Part shown: positions 35,162-45,085 of the stretch, piece by piece
Layout of the letters: the number at the start of each line of letters is the position of its first letter
Position numbering within the stretch: position 1 is the stretch's first letter
Source of the DNA: an uncultured Planctomycetota bacterium
Lineage (GTDB): Bacteria > Planctomycetota > Planctomycetia > Isosphaerales > Isosphaeraceae
Assembly: GCA_963823665.1 (NCBI GenBank)
Contig: CAWGMQ010000004.1
Span: forward strand, 2,144,001-2,208,000
Reading direction: 5' to 3'
Length of the DNA stretch: 64,000 bases
Translations under genes and position numbers: made by a program
The notes under the pieces: model-generated
Databases searched by the model: none
What the model was told of the DNA's origin: nothing
What the model saw: only the letters and a program-made list of their open reading frames with translations

Positions 35162-35398
35162 TTATGTCTTCTCGCCGGCTCGCGGGTGGGGCGACTTGAC
35201 TTCGAGATCGGTGACGGTGATCAGATCGACGATGTCCATCGTGTCATCGGGTTGGTGTACTGTGATGGACTGCCCACCGGCTGTCGCCGAAATGACCTCA
35301 GGATGCTGCACGGGAACCTGCCGACCGTCGGCAAGATGAATCACGAAGGGGCGGAACGGCTGTGCAGCACAAAGGTTACGCAGTTCTGCAATCGTCAT
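35162..35398 (-). CDS. Small hypothetical protein (PFRPF...DG...HPE type)
   Basis: MTIAELRNLCAAQPFRPFVIHLADGRQVPVQHPE; GGAG upstream of the start. Confidence 0.75.
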   Translation of the reverse strand: MTIAELRNLCAAQPFRPFVIHLADGRQVPVQHPEVISATAGGQSITVHQPDDTMDIVDLITVTDLEVKSPHPRAGEKT

Positions 35399-35487
35399 CG
35401 AATATCAGCTCCGGAGAGGACCAGCGACCTGCCGCTCCTCGTCCATCTGATCCTACCATGCAGGAGGCTGCCGGTTCTACCTCTGGA

Positions 35488-37176
35488 TCACTGCGCGCGG
35501 GCAGCGCGTTCTTTGGCTGTCCGGATGGCGGTGGCGAGAACGATGTCTCGCTCGGGGTCGCCGAACTGGAAATCCTCGCGAATTGCGGAAGCCGGCCCCG
35601 TAGGCTTGGCGGCAGAGCGAAGCGTGACAGGAATGTCGGGTTGGACACCTTGCTCACTATAGGGGCGATTGCGGGGCGAATAGAACTTGGCGGTCGTCAG
35701 TTTGAGGCCGGCTGGAGCTGAGCGGAGTGAGAAAATGCTCTGGACGGAGCCCTTGCCATACGTGCGCGCGCCTAGGATGGTTGCGCGGTTGTGATCCTGA
35801 AGTGCGCCGGCCAGAATCTCGCTTGCGCTTGCGCTATCGCGGTCAACCAGGACGTACATGGGGATCCGCCACCTGGCGAGCCCGCGGGTTGCAAGTGATT
35901 GTGTCTGCCCCTGGGCCCGCCCGCGCGTCGATACAACCAGACCCTGGTCGATAAACCGCTCGGCGATCTCGACGGCCACGTTGAGCAGTCCTCCAGGGTT
36001 ACCGCGCAGATCGAGGACTAACACCTTCATACCCTGGCCGGCGAGGGTGTTCAGGGCCCGATCGATCTCTTCAGCAGACGACTTCTGAAAACCCGTGAGC
36101 TGGAGATAGCCGATTCCATCCGACGGGTTGACGAGTTTTACACTCGTGACACTTTCAACGTCGACATGGCGACGAACGAGCTGGTGGCTTCGGGTTGAGC
36201 CGTCGATGCGTTGCAACGTGATCCCAACGGCGGTTCCTTCCGTGCCTTGAAGCCGATTGGCTGCTTCATCGAGGCTCAAGCCCTTGATCGGGCGGCCGTC
36301 GATTGCGACGATTAGCTCACCGGCCTTGATGCCGGCGTCCCACGCCGGTCCGCTGCGAATGACGCCAACCAGGCGCAAGCCCTCCTTGTCGATCTTGAGC
36401 TCGACTCCGAGGCCTACGAAATTGCCGTCAATCATCGCATAGAGGTCTTCGAGCTTGTCAGGCGTCAAATAGCTTGTGAAATCATCGAGCGCATCACATG
36501 CACCGCAGGTGAATTCCATCAAAACCGGCGTCGATGCCAATCCAATCGCCTGCTTTGCGGCTTCGCAGCTTGAATTCGCCATGCGGATCGCAGCCGAGCG
36601 GTCCGGGATCGAGAGCGAAGCACGATAACGCTTGAGTACCTCGCGAAGCTCTGCCACTCGCTCGGGGGACGCCTGCGGTGCGTTCGTCTTGACGAAGATC
36701 GGATCACGCAGGGCCACCTCGAGATTATCGAGGCCATGACGAATCAATGGCTCAAGTGGCACGGGATCGACGTAGCTTGTCTGAATACGCTCGATAACTT
36801 CGTCGTAAAGATCAACGGCCTGCTCGTGGGGCAACCGCAACAGGATGTTGCGGAAACTGCTATCGGAATAGCGGCGGTTGAGCTTGAAATGGATCTCGCA
36901 CAGGCGGAGCCGGCGACTGAAGTCAGTGCGGCTTGGCCAGCGCTCCAAGGCGTCGTGATAAGTCTCGATCGCTGCGGTCCAGTCACGCGACCGCTCCTGC
37001 CCCAAGCCTCGTTCCATCACGCCGTCCGGGTCATCAGGCGGCTTCGACTCGGTGGTCGCACGAGGCGGCTCTCCATCCGAGGCTGGAGGTGTATCAGCCC
37101 GTGTGACCGACCAGGTCGTTCCGGCCAGAATGACCAGGAACCACCAACCCATTAAAGACGAGATTGGCCGGCGCAT
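35488..37176 (-). CDS. ctpA: S41 carboxyl-terminal processing protease with PDZ domain
   Basis: Signal peptide; motifs FVGLGVE, DLRGNPGGLL, SASASEILAGALQD and GKGSVQ. Confidence 0.93.
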   Translation of the reverse strand: MRRPISSLMGWWFLVILAGTTWSVTRADTPPASDGEPPRATTESKPPDDPDGVMERGLGQERSRDWTAAIETYHDALERWPSRTDFSRRLRLCEIHFKLNRRYSDSSFRNILLRLPHEQAVDLYDEVIERIQTSYVDPVPLEPLIRHGLDNLEVALRDPIFVKTNAPQASPERVAELREVLKRYRASLSIPDRSAAIRMANSSCEAAKQAIGLASTPVLMEFTCGACDALDDFTSYLTPDKLEDLYAMIDGNFVGLGVELKIDKEGLRLVGVIRSGPAWDAGIKAGELIVAIDGRPIKGLSLDEAANRLQGTEGTAVGITLQRIDGSTRSHQLVRRHVDVESVTSVKLVNPSDGIGYLQLTGFQKSSAEEIDRALNTLAGQGMKVLVLDLRGNPGGLLNVAVEIAERFIDQGLVVSTRGRAQGQTQSLATRGLARWRIPMYVLVDRDSASASEILAGALQDHNRATILGARTYGKGSVQSIFSLRSAPAGLKLTTAKFYSPRNRPYSEQGVQPDIPVTLRSAAKPTGPASAIREDFQFGDPERDIVLATAIRTAKERAARAQ

Positions 37177-37658
37177 TGGAGGCGCTTCTCCCGCTTGGGA
37201 GCGCCGCGCGTCGGAAAGGTGGTCGCGTGTGATGCCTGAATGCGGACGTTCAGCGGAGCATGCCGGAGTGATCCCCTTGATCTGGCGGAAACCCGGCCTC
37301 TGTCATGAATCCGGAGAACCTTGCACCGTGCTGCGACTACAGATTCCGTGCGCACCGCTCCGTCGTTGCCGTTCGATGGAGTCATTCCGTGTCAAAGCGG
37401 CGCGACAATCAACGGTCCCGTTCTTGGAGATTCGGGTCCGCGCTCGCCGGTCCGAAACGAGGCCGTTCGTTTGCCAGCCTCGTTCAAAACGAATTATAAC
37501 ACACTCACGAGAATGAGCCCGTCCTTCGGGGCGCTGAAAATCTCCAAGAACCCAGGGGCAAGCTCGAATCGCGCGTTTGCCGCAGCCACCAAGGCTCCCG
37601 ACGAACGCACGCTACCACACAGCAATCGGCGTGCCTTGCGCTTTGAATTGGAGTCGGC

Positions 37659-37880
37659 TTGTCACAAATCGTTGGTGGAAGAGCGGCGACTCAGGTTCGC
37701 CAGGGAATTTATTTCAATCTCGGGCCCCACGCTTTGTATTTTTGGGGTCATGCTTTCAACTTGCTGCGAGCGCTCGGCATACCCTTTACAGGACGGCTTC
37801 CCAGCCCGGGTCAAAGCCGCCTGGTGACAACGGACGGGCATACCCCCCTTGCCCGGCAGCCTGCCGACTTGTCCAGCAGA
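37659..37880 (+). pseudogene. Fragment of an FAD-dependent (phytoene-desaturase-like) oxidoreductase
   Basis: VGGRAATQVRQGIYFNLGPHALY is present, but there is no upstream GxGxxG motif and no continuation. Confidence 0.6.
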
Positions 37881-37963
37881 TCGCTCGGAAAGGAGAATAG
37901 TCCATCAATCCCTGAGCCTACGCGATGGCCGTGACGCTAAATCCCGACCTGGACGAGTGATTC

Positions 37964-39253
37964 ATGACAGATTCAAGCAACGAAGCGACCGCCGAGCCGG
38001 AAACACCGATGCGCCAGGCCGTATTGGTGCTAGTGATCCTGGCGCTCGTTCAGTTCACGAGCATTGTCGACTTCATGGTGGTGATGCCGCTCGGACCACA
38101 GATCATGCGAGTGCTGGGGCTGAATACGAACCAGTTCAGCTTGATCGTTGCCTCGTACTCAATCACCGCGGGATTGGCGGGCCTGCTCGCGTCAACGATC
38201 ATGGACCGGTTTGGGCGAAAGACCGCTTACATGAGTCTCTTCGCCGGGTTTCTACTCGGTACGCTCGCATGCGGCCTCACCAAGCAGTACGCCACATTGC
38301 TGGCCGCGAGGGCGTTCACCGGTGCTTTCGGTGGGATTCTAGGCGGGCTGGGCCTGACGATCATCGCTGATGTTTTTCCGGAGCGACAACGTGGCCGGGC
38401 AACCGGTGTTTTGATGTCAGCATTCGCACTGGGACCTGCCCTCGGGGTTCCGATCGGGTTGAAACTGGGGGAGTCTTATGGTTGGTATACCCCGTTCCGG
38501 GTCCTGGCGGCGCTCGGATTGATCGTATTTGTGATTGGTCTGCTCGTCATGCCTCCGCTGCGTGGACACCTTCATCGGACCGTGCACGCGCACCCTCTGG
38601 TCCAGATTCTCGAGACATTTCGCAAGCGCGGTAACCTCATTGCCTTCGCGCTGACGGCGATCGTGATGTTCGGCGCATTTTCGGTCATTCCCTACATCAG
38701 CCTTTCGCTTGTGGCGAACGTGGGAGTGCCGGAAAAGAGGTTACTGGTCGTTTTTCTGGCGGGCGGAGTGATGACATTCTTCGGGGCGCCGGCGGTCGGG
38801 GCACTTGCCGACCGGTTCGGCAAGCTTCGTATATTTCGGATGTTCGCTGTGATCTCAGCATGTCTCATCCTGGTGATCACTAATCTGCCAGTGGTGCCCC
38901 TTGCCGCCGCTGCCGCCGTGGTTGGACTGTTGATGGTAAGCAACACCGGTCGAATGGCAGCTTCCATGTCGATGATCACGGCAAGCGTCCCAAGTCGATT
39001 TCGCGGTGGGCTGATGAGCGCCAACTCCGCTGTTCAGCATGTGTCAGCCGGCTTGGGCGCTTACGCAGGAGGGCTGATTCTTCACCAAGATAAGAACGGA
39101 CCACTGCACAACTTCGGCATCGTGGGGCTCATGTCCCTCGCGTCGGCACTCATCAGCCTCTGGATTGCCGGGCACGTGAAGCGGGCCGGGGAAACGGGAT
39201 CAAACGCGGTCGAGAAGACACCCACGAGCGTAACTGCCGATCTGCTGGAATGA
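37964..39253 (+). CDS. MFS transporter
   Basis: About 12 TM helices; motif A as DRFGRK and ADRFGK. Confidence 0.93.
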   Translation: MTDSSNEATAEPETPMRQAVLVLVILALVQFTSIVDFMVVMPLGPQIMRVLGLNTNQFSLIVASYSITAGLAGLLASTIMDRFGRKTAYMSLFAGFLLGTLACGLTKQYATLLAARAFTGAFGGILGGLGLTIIADVFPERQRGRATGVLMSAFALGPALGVPIGLKLGESYGWYTPFRVLAALGLIVFVIGLLVMPPLRGHLHRTVHAHPLVQILETFRKRGNLIAFALTAIVMFGAFSVIPYISLSLVANVGVPEKRLLVVFLAGGVMTFFGAPAVGALADRFGKLRIFRMFAVISACLILVITNLPVVPLAAAAAVVGLLMVSNTGRMAASMSMITASVPSRFRGGLMSANSAVQHVSAGLGAYAGGLILHQDKNGPLHNFGIVGLMSLASALISLWIAGHVKRAGETGSNAVEKTPTSVTADLLE

Positions 39254-39267
39254 GCAGTCGGTAATGC

Positions 39268-40770
39268 TCACGCCAGTTCGTGGTCGATTTCGGGCTTGCT
39301 CTCCGGTCGTGCTTTGCCGCCAATGCCAAGCGCCGCGATGATGAGAGCCGAAAGAATGACGGAAGCGCTGAGAAACCAGAGTCCGTAGCGGTAGTTACCG
39401 GTGACCTGCTTGACAACCCCGAGCACGGTCGGGCCCATCCATCCGCCCAGATTACCGCACGAATTGATCAGCCCGATCGAGGCCGCGGCGGCTGATTCCG
39501 TGAGAAAGAGACTGGGCAACGCCCAAAACGCCGGCAGATAGGCCTTCACGCCGATCATGGCCAGGGTGAAGATTATCATCGTCAGCCAGATGAATCCCCT
39601 CGTGTCGGGAGCCAGGACCAAGGCGGCCGAACCCATGATTATGGGCAGCGAGGCATGCCAGCGGCGCTCGTGAGTGCGGTCCGAATTCCATCCCACCAGG
39701 CGCTGGCCGAAGAGCGCCCCGATCGCCGGGATGATCATCAGGTAGGCGATCCTTTGCTTGTCCATCTTGTACCAGTCTTCAAGGATGGACGCCATGTAGA
39801 ATTCGACACCGTAGCTTCCGGTAACCACGAAAAAATAGGCTGCCGACAGAGCGAGCACCTTCCTGTTAGCCAGCGCCTGACGAATGGTCATGTGCCCCAC
39901 GAGCTGTTTCTGGGCAAGTTTCTCGCGGGCCAGGGTTTCCTCGAGCGCGGTTCGTTCTTCGTCTGTCAGCCATCGCGCTTGCGAGGGCCGGTCCGTCAAG
40001 AAGACAAGCACCAGGATGCCGAGAATGACCGCCGGAATCCCCCAGAAGATGAAGACCCACTGCCAGCCGACCATGCCCAGGAGTGGCGGGTTTCCCTTCA
40101 TCCCGATCGTCATGATCCGTTCTGAGATCGGCGGGCCGATGATCGCCGCCAGCGGCGTGCCAATGAAGAACCAGGCGAGGGTCTTGGTCCGATCCCGGCT
40201 CGGAAACCAATGGGTCAAATACACGATCACACCCGGGTAAAATCCAGCTTCGGCGAGTCCAAGCAAGAATCGCACCGAGAAGAATTGCAAGACAAACGGG
40301 CTGCCCGGAGCACGAAGAGCATCAGCGATTTCGTGTGATTTCTTGGTCAGCCAGCCCAGATCCGAATCCGCCAGCGGATTGAAGAGATTGGCCAGCCCGC
40401 GAACGACCAGCTCCGCCAACCAGGTTACTCCCGGCACGCGGTAATGGACAAACGCCGTGAGCGCAGCGACAACTCCCCACGAAATCATGATCCGGCTGAT
40501 CCATTTCCTGGCACTCCAGCGCTCGACCAGAAGCGTGCCCGGGATCTCCAGGACCAGGTAGCCGACAAAGAATATTCCCATTCCGAAGCCGAATGCCCCT
40601 TCGGAGAATCCCAGAGGAGCAAGGTCGGGCTGCATCGTGAGCTTGGCAAAGCCAATGTTGATGCGATCAACATAGGCAATCACGTAGCTCGCCAGCAGGA
40701 TCGGCAGAAGCCGCACGTATGCTTTGGCTCGGGCGCGGTCAAGCGCTCCAGTCCCGGGAGAGGACGCCAT
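39268..40770 (-). CDS. MFS transporter, ACS (tartrate/phthalate-like) family
   Basis: Motifs YVDRINIGFA, RFLLGLAEAGFYPGV, GWQWVF and GLINSCGNLGG. Confidence 0.92.
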   Translation of the reverse strand: MASSPGTGALDRARAKAYVRLLPILLASYVIAYVDRINIGFAKLTMQPDLAPLGFSEGAFGFGMGIFFVGYLVLEIPGTLLVERWSARKWISRIMISWGVVAALTAFVHYRVPGVTWLAELVVRGLANLFNPLADSDLGWLTKKSHEIADALRAPGSPFVLQFFSVRFLLGLAEAGFYPGVIVYLTHWFPSRDRTKTLAWFFIGTPLAAIIGPPISERIMTIGMKGNPPLLGMVGWQWVFIFWGIPAVILGILVLVFLTDRPSQARWLTDEERTALEETLAREKLAQKQLVGHMTIRQALANRKVLALSAAYFFVVTGSYGVEFYMASILEDWYKMDKQRIAYLMIIPAIGALFGQRLVGWNSDRTHERRWHASLPIIMGSAALVLAPDTRGFIWLTMIIFTLAMIGVKAYLPAFWALPSLFLTESAAAASIGLINSCGNLGGWMGPTVLGVVKQVTGNYRYGLWFLSASVILSALIIAALGIGGKARPESKPEIDHELA

Positions 40771-41005
40771 GAGGCAAGCTCGCGGTAGGTTGACAAAAGA
40801 GGCCAGTTCGCGTCGAGATCGAAGGTGGGTGACGAGCGGGCGGCCGGAGCCTGGGATGGCAATCGCTTCCGAACTCGACAACCAGCGCACTGGCCATCGA
40901 AGGTACCACGCTCTGGGCAGCGCCGCAAACGGTTGCCATAGTACATGAGGAAAGGTCGCGACGAACGAGCGTCAATTCGATCACCGGCAGGAGCGCGGTA
41001 GCGCG

Positions 41006-41695
41006 ATGAAGATTCCAGTCTCCTGCCCAGGATGTCATCGTCGCTATGAGGTCGACGACCGGTTTGCCGGGAAAACGCTCAAATGCGCCCACTGCGAAAA
41101 ATCCATGCTGGTTCCGCCAGCACTCTCGCCCGCCCAGCTCGTCTCGCCAACCTCGAGCGAATACGAGCTCGGCGATGCTCACCAGACAGCACCATCAACT
41201 TTTCGCAGCGCACCGGCTCAAAGCGAATACGGCGAAACCCAGACCCGAAACCGCGCTCGCCCCAGAACCCAAACCGGTAAAACTGCGAAGCGAAAGAAAC
41301 GCGGTCGCGAGCCCGTCATAACCACCGAAACTCTCTCCAAGATCCTGATCGGTCTGGCTGCAATCGCCGTCGTCATTGCCCTGCTCGGCTATTTCGTGCC
41401 CGGCGCCAGGAAGTGGGCCGGAGTCTCCCTGGCGCTCCCCGGTCTGCTGCTGTGCATCTACGGCTACGCCACGGCTGTCTACATCGCCTTCACCGAAGAT
41501 GACTTTTATGGATGGCTGTTCCTGCTATTCCCGTTCTATGCCGCCTATTACGTCGTAAGCCGCTGGGACGAAATGCGCAGCCGGCTGATCATGGTGGGCA
41601 TCGGCTTGGCGTTGCTGACGGTCGGTGGGAAGTTCCTCGAGGCAGACCGCGCAAGTGAACAGACGGCGATGCCCGAAGCCGCGGCGAAAGCCTGA
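41006..41695 (+). CDS. Zn-finger (CxxC-CxxC) membrane protein
   Basis: N-terminal CPGC...CAHC followed by about four C-terminal TM helices. Confidence 0.8.
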   Translation: MKIPVSCPGCHRRYEVDDRFAGKTLKCAHCEKSMLVPPALSPAQLVSPTSSEYELGDAHQTAPSTFRSAPAQSEYGETQTRNRARPRTQTGKTAKRKKRGREPVITTETLSKILIGLAAIAVVIALLGYFVPGARKWAGVSLALPGLLLCIYGYATAVYIAFTEDDFYGWLFLLFPFYAAYYVVSRWDEMRSRLIMVGIGLALLTVGGKFLEADRASEQTAMPEAAAKA

Positions 41696-43075
41696 TCAGA
41701 CCAGCTCTCGAATGGGCTGCTGCTCCTCGAGTAAGTACATCGGCCGCCCGCTCCGGTCGGGTACCGACGCTCCCGGGTTAATTCCCAGGTTGTGATAGAG
41801 CGTCGCAAAGATATTCTGGAAGGAAATGGGGCGATCCTTGGGGTAACCGGCCGTCTTGTCGGTTGAGCCGATCACCTGGCCAGTGCGCATGCCTCCACCG
41901 GCCAGGAGGGCGAAGTTCACCGGGGGCCAATGGTCGCGGCCAGCATCTTTGTTGATCTTCGGCGTGCGGCCGAATTCACCCCATACAACCACCGACACGT
42001 CTTTGTCGAGACCACGGAAATGCAGGTCTTCAACGAGGGTCGAAAGGGCGACGTCAAGCTTGGGAATCCGCGTGCGGCACGACTGGAAGTTCTGGCCATG
42101 TGTGTCCCAGCGCCCGAACGAAATCGTGACCACCCTCACTCCCGCCTCGACCAGGCGGCGGGCCATCAGAAAATGATCCATACAGCAAGGGGGACCGTCG
42201 GCTTCATTTCGCATATCCCCGACTCCATACCGCTCGCGAAGCCGAGGGTCTTCCTTGGTCAAGTCGAGCGCGTCAAAGACTCGCCGCGAAGCGAGCACCT
42301 CGAAGGCACGCTCCGTGAAGCTGTCCATGCCCAGCATGGCCTCATTCTGGTCGAGTGAACGGCGAAAGGCATCGAGCTCGCCCAGGAGCGCACGCCGCCC
42401 CATCAAACGCTCCGGCACGATCACCTTTTCGTCCAGGCTGAAGCCACCCGAGTCATCGCGCAGTCGGTTCCTCCGTCCTGATTTCCCTTCGGTCCGAAAC
42501 GGCGTGAACGGAGCATGAGAAAGACCAAGGTATCCAGGATCGCCCGGGTTGCCCCACCGCGGCTCCCCGGTTTTCGGTGAAAGTCCCACAAAGGGCGGAA
42601 TGTCGGGATGCACCGTGCCCTGAAGATACGACACGACTGCGCCCATGCTGGGACGGCCCCCTTGCACCTTGCTTATTCGATCTCGGTAGCCGGTCAGGCA
42701 CTGGCCGGCTGAGTGGTCGTCGGCTGCTCCGACCAGCGAGCGAATCACGGCGAAGCGGTCCATCATTCGCGAAAGACGCGGCATGTGCTCGCAAATGTCG
42801 AGGCCCGGCACGTTGCTCGCAATTGGTTTGTATTCGCCCCTGATGCCCGACGGAGCATCGGGCTTCATGTCGAACATGTCAAGATGAGGCGGCCCGCCGG
42901 CCAGAAACACCATGATCACAGCCTTATGTGACCGGGTGGTCCCTGCCTGCGCTTCAAGCCGAAGCAATTGCGGTAGCGACAGCCCGCCCAGGGCCAGACT
43001 ACCGATTTTGAGAAAGTCGCGCCGGGTCACTCCATCGCAATACCCTCTTCGAGCGCGACCCGCAATCGTCAGCAT
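41696..43075 (-). CDS. DUF1501 domain protein with Tat-like motif
   Basis: Motifs TRRDFL, GGPPHLDMFDMKP, ARRLVEAGV, WDTH, GEFGRTP and GRDHW. Confidence 0.93.
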   Translation of the reverse strand: MLTIAGRARRGYCDGVTRRDFLKIGSLALGGLSLPQLLRLEAQAGTTRSHKAVIMVFLAGGPPHLDMFDMKPDAPSGIRGEYKPIASNVPGLDICEHMPRLSRMMDRFAVIRSLVGAADDHSAGQCLTGYRDRISKVQGGRPSMGAVVSYLQGTVHPDIPPFVGLSPKTGEPRWGNPGDPGYLGLSHAPFTPFRTEGKSGRRNRLRDDSGGFSLDEKVIVPERLMGRRALLGELDAFRRSLDQNEAMLGMDSFTERAFEVLASRRVFDALDLTKEDPRLRERYGVGDMRNEADGPPCCMDHFLMARRLVEAGVRVVTISFGRWDTHGQNFQSCRTRIPKLDVALSTLVEDLHFRGLDKDVSVVVWGEFGRTPKINKDAGRDHWPPVNFALLAGGGMRTGQVIGSTDKTAGYPKDRPISFQNIFATLYHNLGINPGASVPDRSGRPMYLLEEQQPIRELV

Positions 43076-43289
43076 CAGGTTGGTCCTCTCGTACAGGCGA
43101 CGAGATTCAGGTAGGAGGCGGCACAACCACCGCTAAACTACTATCTTACGCCGTGGAAAGCGAAACACAAGGCAGCAGACGTTGGGAAAGTTGCAGCGGT
43201 CGCAGCCGCACGCCACGCCACGCAAAACTCAATCACAGATTCACCGTCTATCTCTCTAGAGCGACACGCCGGCAGCGAATGGCCTTACG

Positions 43290-45085
43290 TCACGGGCGCA
43301 AACCCGCCAATTCGTCAACCCGATACGACCGGCCAGCCTTCACGTCTTTAAAGCTCGTGACCCGGCCCGACGGCCACGTGATCTTGATCTCATCAGCATG
43401 GTCGGCCTTTCCCAGCCCGAACGTGAGCGGCAGCTCAACAGACGACAGATAGCTCTTGGACGCGAAAAGCTGGCGACGGCACACCATTTCCCCAGACTTG
43501 AGCTCCACCTTCGCCCCCACTGCGTCACGAGTGCAGGTATTGCTGCCTCCCGAGAGCTCGAGCCGCAGCCAGTGGTTCTGGTTGCCGCCGTCGTTGCGGA
43601 AGAGGCGGGCCCGACCATTGTTGACGGTCAGAACGACATCGAGATCACCGTCACCGTCAATATCTGCGTAGGCTGTACCACGGCCGACGACAGGCTCGAA
43701 CAGGTCACCTCCCGCGTTTTGTGCGGTGACGAGCTGGAAAAGGTCTTTCCCTGGTTGACCGGAATTCCAGAAAAGCTGCACCGGTTGCGCATACGTTTCG
43801 CTAGCCTGCACCTTGGCTATATCGGGCTCCAGATGGCCGTTAGCCGTGAGCAGATCAAGTCGGCCATCCAGATCATAGTCAAAGAAAAAGAGCCCGAATT
43901 TGAGCGGCGGCTGAGTCGGCGCACCCAGTCCGAAAAGATTCGCGAGGTCTGAGAACTGCACGGTCGACGGCTGGTCGCAAACATACAGCGCCGTCATTTC
44001 GTTGGCGAAATTACCGATGGCAAGACCGATCCGATCATCGTTGTTGAACGCGGCCCAGTCCGCACCCATTCCTCCCCGCGGCGAGCCCGACTGATCAAAT
44101 GCAATACCCGCGACAATGGCCAGCTCCTCAAATTTGCCTTGGCCTTTGTTGTGAAAGAGAAAATTCTGCACCGTGTCATTGGCCACGGCAATGTCGACTA
44201 AACCATCACCGTCGATGTCGAACGGCGCGACCCCGAGCGACTTGCCGACCGGTACCTTGAGATCGGGTGTGCTCACTTCGATCCCTGCTTGCTGGCTGAT
44301 ATCAATGAACCGGCCGTTGTCATTGCGCAAGAGAGCACAGAACGACCCTGAGAACGAAGTAGGCGGACCATACGCCCTGCCGAGGCCCGTGAGCTGAAAG
44401 CCCTGCACCTTGTCGATCTCCGGGCTCCAGTTGATGTAGTTGCAGATGAATAGATCGAGGTCGCCGTCGTTCTCGATGTCCACGAACGCCGCGCCCGTGA
44501 GCCAGCCGTGAGGCCCTTTGGCCCCCGCCTGCTCGGTAACGTCTTCGAAATGGCCCTTACCGTCATTGCGGAAGAGATAGCCGCGGCCGATCGCCGTCAC
44601 ATAAATGTCGGGGTCGTTGTCGTTGTCGTAATCGCCGACCGCCACCCCCTGCCCGTAAAACGTCTTGTCCAGGCCGGCTTCCTTGGTCACGTCCTGGAAG
44701 TGACCCTTACCGTCATTGCGATAAAGCGCCGTGTAGGCGCCGGGTTCGTCACATGCCCGGGCCAGTACGACGAGTTCACAAAGAATAAATCCTGGTCGCC
44801 GTCCCGGTCATAATCGAGAAAGGCGACTCCCGCTCCCATGGTTTCAGGCAGCAGCTTCTCTCCCAGCGCCCCGTTGTAGTGCACGAATGCGATTCCAGCG
44901 TCCTTGGTAATATCGACGAATTTCACGCTCGGCAGCGATTCAGGTTTGACTGTGACTTTGTTCCGCACCGGCCCAACGGCCAAAGGCACCACCGGCGGCG
45001 GAGCAGCCGGCGTGCAGCCGACAGAAAGAGCGAGAAGCGCGCAGCTCAGACATCGCCAAAGACCCGTGATTCGATCGAGGCTCAT
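43290..45085 (-). CDS. CRTAC1-family FG-GAP/ASPIC-UnbV lipoprotein; frameshift near 44730
   Basis: ORF 44687-45085 (LSVGC, LLPETMGAGVAFLDYD) joins ORF 43290-44690 (DxDxDG repeats, SYLSS...LTFGLG). Confidence 0.9.
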
